Source: an uncultured Verrucomicrobiae bacterium
GTDB taxonomy: Bacteria; Verrucomicrobiota; Verrucomicrobiia; Chthoniobacterales; UBA10450
Direction of reading: 5' to 3'
NCBI GenBank assembly: GCA_963735805.1
Contig: CAVTMK010000004.1
Location: 192,001-256,000 of the forward strand
Length of the DNA stretch: 64,000 nt
Part shown: one piece after another, positions 10,260 through 18,503 of the stretch
How positions within the stretch are numbered: the stretch's first letter is position 1
How the letters are laid out: every line of letters starts with the position of its first letter
The notes under the pieces: model-generated
Databases searched by the model: none
The model's input: only the letters and a program-made list of their open reading frames with translations
Told to the model about the DNA's origin: nothing
Translations under genes and position numbers: made by a program

Positions 10260-12263
10260 TTAGCGCACGATTTCCGCGACAGTTTCCGCTTTCGTAACGT
10301 TTGCCTTTTTCCAACCTGAAGGCGTAATGGGCTCGCCTTCGGTTTGTTTCCGGTACGGCTGGAGATAAAACATCATGAAGACGCCGATTACCACGAGCAG
10401 CGAACCGATCCATTTCAATAGCCAGCCGGGATCGCGCAGAATCTGCACGGTACTTTGCCCGAGGTTTTCAGGATTCCAAGATGCCTGAGAGATTTTATAA
10501 GTGAGTCCCGTCCAGGTACGCCACCAATTGCCCGGATAACTGAATGGATGGTTCATCCAACACTGGCCGGTGGCAGTCTCGCCGTCGGCAGTTACGACGC
10601 GCAGCGTACTTTTGAATCCCGCAGGAGTGTCGCTGCCTTCGTTTCGCTTTACTTCAAAATTCAGCAGTTCCAGTCCAATCGGGAGCGAAACGCTTTTCCA
10701 GCCGTAGGCAACCATCGTTGGGCTAGGCGAAGTGGGAATTGTAATCTGCCAACCGCCTGGAGCCCATCGCTCAAGAGCTTCGCCATTTTGCTGAATCCGA
10801 ATACGCACTCCGTCCGGCAAATCGGTGCTCGCCGGGGTTGTTTCGGAATTAGAGGGGTTGAAATCCATCGAACTCGCCGCATGCGGCAGCGTCTTATCAA
10901 TTGTCAGTTGCCAATCAGCCCAGCCGGTCGGCAGCGGCTTGTTCAACTCGATCTTGCCGCTCGATTTGCCATTCTTTCGTGAAGCGAGCTCGTAACTTAT
11001 CGCGCCATCATTAGCGACGAACAGTGTTAGATGGTTCGGCGCTTCTTCGCCAGGGGCAGGCATTGCCGGAGGGCCACCGGTTGAGCTGAGATCCTTACCG
11101 CTTCCATGTGGATTCGTTTCTGCTTTTCCAGTGGGAACACCTTTGCCTCGGATCGTTACAAGCACCGCGGGATTGTTCGGCCGGTCGCTCAGGGAGCTGG
11201 GCTTGCCATTCTCAATCCGAAAATCGGCCCAGTAGTTGTCAATTTTGATCGTGAAAGGCGTATCGGCGATTTCGACGTCGCGGCCGAGATTTTCTGCAAC
11301 GTCGAAACCGGCTTCTTTTTCGCCTAGTGAAACGAGAACCCGCCCTTTGTTGCCGTTCTGTGATTGTTCAAGGCGCACTTTCGCTCCGGTGCTGCCGCCT
11401 TTGCGAACACGACCAATCTGTTCGTCAGGGGCTTTGCTAAAGGCGAATATTGATTCCTCAAGATCGGTCACATGATCTTTCGGATTCGCTTCACTTTCCG
11501 AAGACGGACGGATCGGCGATCCGTCTTTACCCAAATTTTCCGCGGTGCCGCGCTTGAGTTCAATATTGGCCAGACCCATTGAAAAATTTCCGTTCTGCGG
11601 ATCGTCAGCGAGCAACCAGCCATCGAGATGTTGATTCATCATCGCCGTGGCAATTGCGAAATGCAGTGCCGGCGCGCCGCCATCGTTCAGCGGATTTGGA
11701 TTGAGCTTTCCTTCGATCGCAGGCGCGTAACCGACAATGCTCAAACGCGCGCCACTAGCGAGTACCCCAAGGTCGCGCGGTCGCTGCGGCGTCGGCGGAT
11801 GATGCAAAAACTCGGCGGGGTAGCCTTTCACGATTCCATCGACATCGTGAACGCGTAGTTGGCGTTCGTCGACCAGGAGACGATTCGTTGGTGGTTCGCC
11901 TTTGAAAAGCGTGATTGTTCCTTCGGTTCCCCAAATTCTTCCGATCAACGATCCGAACAGGAGCGTGATTATACCCAAATGCGTGATGAGAAACGCGAGA
12001 TGATGTTTGCGCCACGGCCAACGAGAGAGCGCGGAACAGGTAAGGTTTGCTCCCAGCAAAACAAGCCAAACATTGAACCATGGGGCTCCGTAAACATAAG
12101 CTCGCGCAACCTTCGCATCGAAGCTCGATTCGTAGAGCGTGCCGGCGATTGCGGCGACGATGATCACAGCAAGCAGGACGACCGCGAGCTTAAGTGATGC
12201 GAAAAATTCGAAGATCGGATTGCGCTGCCAGGCGGGCCGCTCAGATGAATTCGAGGTTGCCAT
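10260..12263 (-). CDS. Cytochrome c biogenesis system II protein, ResB/Ccs1-like
   Basis: FFASLKLAVVLL N-terminus, three N-terminal TMs with THLG, large soluble domain, MNHP, C-terminal RDPG plus TM. Confidence 0.8.
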   Translation of the reverse strand: MATSNSSERPAWQRNPIFEFFASLKLAVVLLAVIIVAAIAGTLYESSFDAKVARAYVYGAPWFNVWLVLLGANLTCSALSRWPWRKHHLAFLITHLGIITLLFGSLIGRIWGTEGTITLFKGEPPTNRLLVDERQLRVHDVDGIVKGYPAEFLHHPPTPQRPRDLGVLASGARLSIVGYAPAIEGKLNPNPLNDGGAPALHFAIATAMMNQHLDGWLLADDPQNGNFSMGLANIELKRGTAENLGKDGSPIRPSSESEANPKDHVTDLEESIFAFSKAPDEQIGRVRKGGSTGAKVRLEQSQNGNKGRVLVSLGEKEAGFDVAENLGRDVEIADTPFTIKIDNYWADFRIENGKPSSLSDRPNNPAVLVTIRGKGVPTGKAETNPHGSGKDLSSTGGPPAMPAPGEEAPNHLTLFVANDGAISYELASRKNGKSSGKIELNKPLPTGWADWQLTIDKTLPHAASSMDFNPSNSETTPASTDLPDGVRIRIQQNGEALERWAPGGWQITIPTSPSPTMVAYGWKSVSLPIGLELLNFEVKRNEGSDTPAGFKSTLRVVTADGETATGQCWMNHPFSYPGNWWRTWTGLTYKISQASWNPENLGQSTVQILRDPGWLLKWIGSLLVVIGVFMMFYLQPYRKQTEGEPITPSGWKKANVTKAETVAEIVR

Positions 12264-12456
12264 GCGAAGATCGATACTTTCCGCGAGAAGACGCATTCCT
12301 TCAAACACCGAGCGGATTGAGTTTATTGAAGGCTCCCGTCTTAATTTTTAGCGAGCCAATTTGCACCGGCGCCACGGAGACATTATCGACCTGGTGCGCA
12401 TTCAGAGCGGCAAAGGCCCATCTTGACCATCGTCGCGCGACTTCCTAACGTCGCCG

Positions 12457-13275
12457 ATGGCCGCTGAATCTTTCGAGGAGCTCCACGTCCAAGGAGCTCA
12501 AATCGCTTATCGTCGAATTGGGAGCGGCCGGCCACTCGTGATGCTCAATGGTTTCGCGGCCACAAGTGCAGATTGGGATCCCTCATTTACCTACAGGCTT
12601 GCGTCTTCCAACGAGCTGATTGTCGTCGACAATCGCGGGATCGGTCGTTCCACGGACGACGGGCGGCCATTTGATATTGCCCAACTCGCCGATGATGTGT
12701 TTCGAGTAGTCGAAGCGCTCCGCATCGAGCGCGTAAACCTGCTCGGATGGTCAATGGGCGGTTTCATTGCTCAGACGCTCGCCGTGCAGCACCCCGGTCG
12801 TATTAATAAACTCATCTTACTATCAACCGACCCTGGAGGAGCTGACGCAGATGTTACCTCGGCTGACGTGTGGTCAAAACTCATCGATATGTCGGGGACG
12901 TCCCATGATCAGGCGCGTCGATTGCTGTCATTACTTTTTCCGGGCGATGTTGCGGAATCCATCTATCGCGAATTCGGCGATACGGTAGCCGCGGCGCGCG
13001 CCCGATTATCTCCGAGTCTCATTAATCGCCAGGTCGCGGCGATGCACGCTTGGCACCGGACTGGTGTCGCTAACGGTCTGCGAGATATGAATGTGCCCGT
13101 GCTAGTTACTACTGGCGTGGCTGACATCGTGATTCCGCCATCCAACGCGTTGAGATTGGTAAACGCCATCCCTGGCGCTTGGCTGGCTCAATTCAATGGT
13201 GGTGGCCATGCCTTCATGGCCCAGTTTCCACATCCGCTCGCCGATCTCATCAATAGCTTTCTCGAGCTTGGATGA
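12457..13275 (+). CDS. Alpha/beta hydrolase
   Basis: DNRGIGRS, GWSMGG, GGGHA motifs. Confidence 0.9.
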   Translation: MAAESFEELHVQGAQIAYRRIGSGRPLVMLNGFAATSADWDPSFTYRLASSNELIVVDNRGIGRSTDDGRPFDIAQLADDVFRVVEALRIERVNLLGWSMGGFIAQTLAVQHPGRINKLILLSTDPGGADADVTSADVWSKLIDMSGTSHDQARRLLSLLFPGDVAESIYREFGDTVAAARARLSPSLINRQVAAMHAWHRTGVANGLRDMNVPVLVTTGVADIVIPPSNALRLVNAIPGAWLAQFNGGGHAFMAQFPHPLADLINSFLELG

Positions 13276-13284
13276 AATCAGCGC

Positions 13285-13797
13285 TCAACGCGTCCAGGCT
13301 TTCCAGCGTTTGCGCATCGGCTTTGCATAGCGGTCAACGTCGATTTTCTTCAGTCGTTTCACGCCATCTTTCACCGCTTCGTTCACCGCATCGGCTGAAC
13401 TTTCATATTTTTCTCTGGCCGACTTGAACAACGGCCACAGAAAAGGCAACGAAAGAACACTCCAATTAAGATTTCCCAGCGGCGACTTCAGCTCGATTTC
13501 TGCCTTTCGCTCGCTGCCGGATGCGAAGCGAATCGCCAACCCGATCGCGATTCCCAGCCCCAGCGCGCCAAGAATGGTCGGCACGGGATTTTCGCGGACA
13601 AAATATTCCGTACGCTCCCGCGCGCGGCTGGCTTTCTCCTTCGTTTCATCCCACGTCTGGCTCACAGCCGTGGAAAATTTACTTGTTGCCTGACGAAACT
13701 GCTCACGCCCACCCGAGCCAATTTCTTGTTCGCCCGGCTGAACCTGCGGCGGCAGCGGTTCGTCCCTCGTAAGATCGTTTTCGTTCGGATTAATCAT
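13285..13797 (-). CDS. Membrane-anchored hypothetical protein (DUF883/ElaB-like segment)
   Basis: YFVRENPVPTILGALGLGIAIGL resembles the YqjD/ElaB C-terminus; start uncertain. Confidence 0.55.
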   Translation of the reverse strand: MINPNENDLTRDEPLPPQVQPGEQEIGSGGREQFRQATSKFSTAVSQTWDETKEKASRARERTEYFVRENPVPTILGALGLGIAIGLAIRFASGSERKAEIELKSPLGNLNWSVLSLPFLWPLFKSAREKYESSADAVNEAVKDGVKRLKKIDVDRYAKPMRKRWKAWTR

Positions 13798-13900
13798 ACA
13801 CAAATGCAATCGTATGCGGTGGCTTGATTGCGCCTCTCTAGTTCCGTAGCCGTTTTGCCCTGCGAAATGGCGGCGCTGATGTTCACGCAACGCTTCTATC

Positions 13901-14431
13901 TTACCGCAGAGGTCGGCGACTACAACAATTGCCATACGCATCGTAAATGTCCTCGCCCCAGAGAACAAAAGTTACTTTGTTAATCCTGTCATCAGTCGCC
14001 AGAAAATCTCGCACAGTTTTCAACGCGATCTGCGCTGCATCTGAAATCGGATAACCATATGCGCCGCAACTGATCGCGGGGAAAGCAATTGTCTTGATTC
14101 CATTTTCAACCGCGAGTTGCAACGAATTCCGATAACAATTCGCCAGAGTTTCAGGCTCACGCTGTTTTCCGCCGCTCCAGACCGGACCAACTGTGTGAAT
14201 TACAAAGCGAGCGGGCAAATGATATCCGCGAGTAATTTTCGCTTCACCCGGTCGACAGCCACCGAGAGTCCGGCATTCAGCTAGCAATTTAGGTCCGGCG
14301 GCGCGATGAATTGCGCCGTCGACTCCACCGCCGCCAAGAAGTGACGTGTTGGCTGCGTTCACGATCGCGTCCAGATCGAGTTTCGTGAGATCTCCCTGGA
14401 TGATCTCGATTCGGCCGTCGGGATTCTTCAC
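13901..14431 (-). CDS. Macro-domain protein (O-acetyl-ADP-ribose deacetylase, YmdB-like)
   Basis: QGDLT, AIVNAANTSLLGGGGVDGAIH, HTVGP, FPAISCGAYGYP; probable GTG start at 14431. Confidence 0.92.
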   Translation of the reverse strand: MKNPDGRIEIIQGDLTKLDLDAIVNAANTSLLGGGGVDGAIHRAAGPKLLAECRTLGGCRPGEAKITRGYHLPARFVIHTVGPVWSGGKQREPETLANCYRNSLQLAVENGIKTIAFPAISCGAYGYPISDAAQIALKTVRDFLATDDRINKVTFVLWGEDIYDAYGNCCSRRPLR

Positions 14432-14433
14432 TC

Positions 14434-15087
14434 CTAGGGCGCCAGCCGTTCGATCAGCCAAAAGGCGCCGGCCTGGCGGGTGTAACGAAAACGATCGTGC
14501 AGCCGGTTGGGGCGACCCTGCCAGAACTCGATCGTATCCGGTTTCAATCGATACCCGCCCCAATGCGGCGGCAACGGAATGCGCTTGTCACCGAAGCGCT
14601 CCGTCATCTCTGCCATGCGCGCATCCAGCACTCGGCGTCCATCAACCACCTGGCTCTGCCGCGACGCCCAGGCGCTCAGCTGGCTCCCGACTGGACGGGA
14701 ATGAAAATAGCTTTGCGATTCTTCGCGCGAAGTTTTTTCGGCCTTACCGCTAATGCGAATCTGTCGGTCCAGTTCGATCCAGTAAAATGCCAGCGCGGCG
14801 TACGGATTGGCTTCGAGCTGCTTCGCTTTTTCGCTCTCGTAATTGCTGAAAAAGACAAACCCGTCTTGGTCGAAGCCTTTCAGCAGCACAATACGCACTG
14901 ATGGTCTGCCATTGGCCCCAGCTGTGCCCAGGCTCATTGCATTGACATCGCGAATACCGGCCTCAATCGCTGCTGTGAACCAGTTTCCAAATTGTTTGAT
15001 TGGATCGCGATCGAGGTCGCTCCGGCGCAGGCCTTTCGCCGCGTGCTCGTAACGCGAAGCGGTGGGATCACGCGGGGTTTCCATCAC
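14434..15087 (-). CDS. pdxH: Pyridoxamine 5'-phosphate oxidase
   Basis: PSVRIVLLK, YFHSRP, PPHWGGY, EFWQGRPNRLHDR. Confidence 0.96.
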   Translation of the reverse strand: MMETPRDPTASRYEHAAKGLRRSDLDRDPIKQFGNWFTAAIEAGIRDVNAMSLGTAGANGRPSVRIVLLKGFDQDGFVFFSNYESEKAKQLEANPYAALAFYWIELDRQIRISGKAEKTSREESQSYFHSRPVGSQLSAWASRQSQVVDGRRVLDARMAEMTERFGDKRIPLPPHWGGYRLKPDTIEFWQGRPNRLHDRFRYTRQAGAFWLIERLAP

Positions 15088-15228
15088 GATCGAATCAGAC
15101 TCTCACAATATTGCGTTGCAAGGAAATTGTCGAACCGGTCGCAAAGCTAGGGGCGGCGGAATTCCGTCCGCTGTACGAAAGTGGAATGCGCCCAGTTCCC
15201 TGGATCCACGCAACGCGCAAGCTTTAGC

Positions 15229-15252
15229 TGTAGCTGGGGTCGCTAATCCCGG
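15229..15252. repeat. GTAG-type REP-like element
   Basis: TGTAGCTGGGGTCGCTAATCCCGG, similar to copies at 31659, 56518 and 56936. Confidence 0.55.
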
Positions 15253-15282
15253 CCGGACGCAAATGATGGATCCAACATACCT

Positions 15283-16767
15283 TTAGGGCTTCCTCTCGTC
15301 TTTGGCTACGGCTGCAGCAGGCAGGAACGCCACTTGTGCCAGTGAACCGGCTTTGCTCATTTTGATTTGCGCGCTCACCTCCTGGATTTGGTCGGCTTGC
15401 TCTCGGACCCTCGCACTGAGAGCCGCCATTCCCTCCTCCAATTCCTCAACTTTACGTTGTTCGGCGATAAACGCGTTGTGTTCTCTGAGGAACTCATTGA
15501 GCAACATCGCGTTTATTTTATCGTAGCGGACGCTGTTTACGCGGCCGCGTTCGTCCCGGACTATGAGCTCAGGATTTAACTTCTCCACGTCTTCGGCCAC
15601 GAGTCCGAACTGCCGTGTGCCAACGGGATCAATCTCCTTTTTGTAGCGGAATGTCACCGGTTTGAGTGAAAAAAGCGCTTCACTGGCTTTGTCCATCGGC
15701 TGGATATCCTCCTTAAAGCGCTTTGAAGATGTCGCGGTGCCGAGCTGGCCGTTTGCGGCTACAAGCACCGGATCGCCACTGGCAATTGTTTGACCGCTGA
15801 TACCGCGGATGACAGTGGTAGCGATATCTGGATTGCCAATCCGGATTGTGTTGCTTTCGCCTGAAACGCCATGAACGTCGAAGCCGATATCGATATTATT
15901 ACTATCGCTTCCGCTTAGATTGTCACCGGCATTCGTACCTAACGCGGTATTGTTGTTGCCTGTGCCGATTGCGGAAAGTGTAGCAGCACCTACAGCGGTG
16001 TTACCGCTGCCTTCAATGTTTTCAAAAAGCGCGTGATCACCAGCCGCCGTGTTGGAACTGCCTACCGTATTGTCATGGAGCGCGCTTAACCCAGTGGCCG
16101 TGTTGAAGCTCCCTTCGGTGTTGTCGATTAACGCTGCAACGCCCGTGGCTGTGTTGTTGTTGCCCGTAGTGTTCCCGGCGAGGGCACTAACTCCAGTGGC
16201 TGTGTTCGAACCACCGATGGTATTGCCAACTAATGCTGCAACTCCGCTGGCCGTGTTCGCTTCGCCGGTGGTGTTGCTGGCGAGTGCGTTATCACCGGTG
16301 GCAGTATTGTCGCTGCCGGTGGTGTTACCGAACAGCGCAAGTGTACCATAAGCCGTGTTCGAGGACCCAGTGCTGTTACTGAGTAACGCGCTGTCACCGC
16401 TGGCCGTGTTCGCTTCGCCGGTGGTGTTGCTAAAGAGTGCAAACGCTCCTGTCGCGGTGTTGGCGGTGCCGGTGGTATTGCTCAAAAGCGCTCCCGCACC
16501 AGTAGCCGTATTTTCGTCGGCAGTGTTGCTGAGTAGCGTGCCGGCACCGACTCCGGTATTGAAGTTGGCCTCAGTGACACTTAGGAGTGAAAACAAACCA
16601 ACACCCGTGTTATATGTGCCATCCGTGAGGCTAAGAAGTGCGTTCTGTCCTTCTGCAGTGTTGCCCCCAACATAGCCGCCGTCCGGTGGCGGATTTACAG
16701 CCTTTATGTTCGGCAAAAGCCCAATGCAGATCCCGAGGATCGAGACGAGATGAGTGTAACGCTTCAT
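15283..16767 (-). CDS. Secreted tail-fibre-like protein with C-terminal peptidase S74 (intramolecular chaperone) domain
   Basis: Signal peptide, PPPDGGY.GGNTAEG, many 14-aa NTAxGxxALxxNTx repeats, SSKRFKEDI, coiled-coil end. Confidence 0.85.
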   Translation of the reverse strand: MKRYTHLVSILGICIGLLPNIKAVNPPPDGGYVGGNTAEGQNALLSLTDGTYNTGVGLFSLLSVTEANFNTGVGAGTLLSNTADENTATGAGALLSNTTGTANTATGAFALFSNTTGEANTASGDSALLSNSTGSSNTAYGTLALFGNTTGSDNTATGDNALASNTTGEANTASGVAALVGNTIGGSNTATGVSALAGNTTGNNNTATGVAALIDNTEGSFNTATGLSALHDNTVGSSNTAAGDHALFENIEGSGNTAVGAATLSAIGTGNNNTALGTNAGDNLSGSDSNNIDIGFDVHGVSGESNTIRIGNPDIATTVIRGISGQTIASGDPVLVAANGQLGTATSSKRFKEDIQPMDKASEALFSLKPVTFRYKKEIDPVGTRQFGLVAEDVEKLNPELIVRDERGRVNSVRYDKINAMLLNEFLREHNAFIAEQRKVEELEEGMAALSARVREQADQIQEVSAQIKMSKAGSLAQVAFLPAAAVAKDERKP

Positions 16768-16883
16768 GTTTACTTTCCTTTCATATTTATGGTTTCGGTT
16801 TTTGTTAATTTCTTTAAACAGTTAAATCTCCAGGTGCCTGTTGAGCTCAGACTGCTAACACGGAAGTAACTTGCCGTTCCCAT

Positions 16884-18338
16884 TTAGCGGTTGATTACTA
16901 CTTCCGGTGCGTGACCGCTGATCTCAATCTTGGCGCTTACCTTCTCGAGACCGAGGGTTAGCGCTTCGATTTGCTTTTCCTGTTTCGCTAGCTTCAGCTG
17001 AAAGCCTTTCTCTTGCTTCACCACCGTAGACTGCAGGTCAGCAACGGTCGCATCGCGCCTGACAGCTGCGGCTTTAAGTTCTTCAACTTCCCGATGCTCT
17101 TTGAGGAATTCGTTTAGCAGCATCGCATTCACCTGCTCGTAGCGCACGCTGTAGGGCTTCCCATCCTTGTCGCGCACGATCAAATCGGGATTCACCTTTT
17201 CCACGTCCTCAGCTACGAGGCCGAACTGCGGGATTCTGTCGGCATCCAACTCCCTTTTATAGTGGAAGGTGACTGGTTTGAGGGCGAGGATCGCCTCGCT
17301 TGCTCTGCCCATCGGTTTGATGTCCTCTTTGAATCGCCGGGAAGACGTAGACGTCCCCAGCCTGCCGTTTGAATTAATAAAGACACCAACTCCTCCGGCC
17401 GACGTTTGGCCGAATATGTTGGCGATAAAACAGCTGAGGCCGGCATTATTACCTGCCGCGTCCGCTCCTATGCAGATGACATTGCTGGCATTCGTAACGT
17501 TTGAACCAGCGCCTTGGCCAATGAAAACATTGAAATCGCCACTTGTGAGATTGCTTCCGGCTCCAGCACCCACGGCCGTGTTGGCGTCCCCGCTGGTGAG
17601 GTTAAGTAGCGCGTTGGCGCCAATGGCCACATCGCTGCCGCCGCTGGTGAGATTAAAGAGTGTTTGATACCCAAATCCATCGTTGGCGCCAGCGTCCGGA
17701 CCACTGGCATGTGCCAGGGATTGAAAGCCGACAGCTGTGCTAATACCCAGATCGGTATTATTGAGCCCAGTGGTATTGCTGTTAAGTGCTTGATAACCTA
17801 CGGCGGTGTTGCCGCTGGCGATGGTGTTGTTCTCGAGCGCTTGTTGACCGATTGCCACGTTGGGACCGACAGCGAAGTTATTTGTGATGCCCAGGGTGCC
17901 GCCCGTGGTGTTGTTAAGAAGCGCGTTAGACCCTATGGCGGTGTTGCCGCCGGCGGTGGTATTGCTAAAAAGCGCGAACGCTCCATTGGCTGTATTGTCC
18001 TCACCGGTGCTGTTGTTTAAAAGCGCGCCGGCACCGGTGGCCGTATTTTGATCTGCGATGTTGGAAAGGAGTGTCCCAGCCCCGTCAGCGGTATTCAAGC
18101 TGCCGCTTGTGAGGCTCAGCAAAGAGAACAGCCCGGTTCCTGTGTTGTATAGGCCGTCGGTAAGGCCCAAAAGGGCGTTTTGCCCTTCTGCCGTATTGCC
18201 GCCGGAATAGCCTCCGTCCGGAGCGGGAACAACCGCGAAAGTGTTCGGGGCCGCGCAAAGTCCAAACCATGCGAACACGGCGGCGACGATCAGTATGCAG
18301 ATACGTTGCATTGCATTTTCTTCAGGGAGCTTTTTCAT
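16884..18338 (-). CDS. Secreted tail-fibre-like protein with peptidase S74 domain (paralog)
   Basis: Same architecture: PAPDGGYSGGNTAEG, 14-aa repeats, SSRRFKEDI, VRYEQVNAMLLNEFLKEH. Confidence 0.85.
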   Translation of the reverse strand: MKKLPEENAMQRICILIVAAVFAWFGLCAAPNTFAVVPAPDGGYSGGNTAEGQNALLGLTDGLYNTGTGLFSLLSLTSGSLNTADGAGTLLSNIADQNTATGAGALLNNSTGEDNTANGAFALFSNTTAGGNTAIGSNALLNNTTGGTLGITNNFAVGPNVAIGQQALENNTIASGNTAVGYQALNSNTTGLNNTDLGISTAVGFQSLAHASGPDAGANDGFGYQTLFNLTSGGSDVAIGANALLNLTSGDANTAVGAGAGSNLTSGDFNVFIGQGAGSNVTNASNVICIGADAAGNNAGLSCFIANIFGQTSAGGVGVFINSNGRLGTSTSSRRFKEDIKPMGRASEAILALKPVTFHYKRELDADRIPQFGLVAEDVEKVNPDLIVRDKDGKPYSVRYEQVNAMLLNEFLKEHREVEELKAAAVRRDATVADLQSTVVKQEKGFQLKLAKQEKQIEALTLGLEKVSAKIEISGHAPEVVINR

Positions 18339-18472
18339 TTCTTGTCCTTCCTTGTGGTTTTTGATTTACTGTTTTTGTCGGTTTTTGTTTCGGTGTGCGC
18401 GGGCGGGATATGAACCGAACCTGCGCGTGGCGGAAAATGCGGGACGCGCTTATGAAAGTCTTTAGGCTGCGG

Positions 18473-18497
18473 CTGAATTTTTCTGAATTGTTCTGAA
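18473..18497. promoter_or_regulatory. Phased CTGAA direct repeats, candidate winged-helix regulator site
   Basis: CTGAA at 18473, 18483 and 18493 (10-bp period) in the divergent intergenic region. Confidence 0.45.
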
Positions 18498-18503
18498 ACC
18501 GCG

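Noticed and set aside
15283..18338. Prophage, suggested by tail-fibre domains
   Set aside because: No capsid, terminase, portal, integrase or lysis genes, and the proteins have signal peptides.
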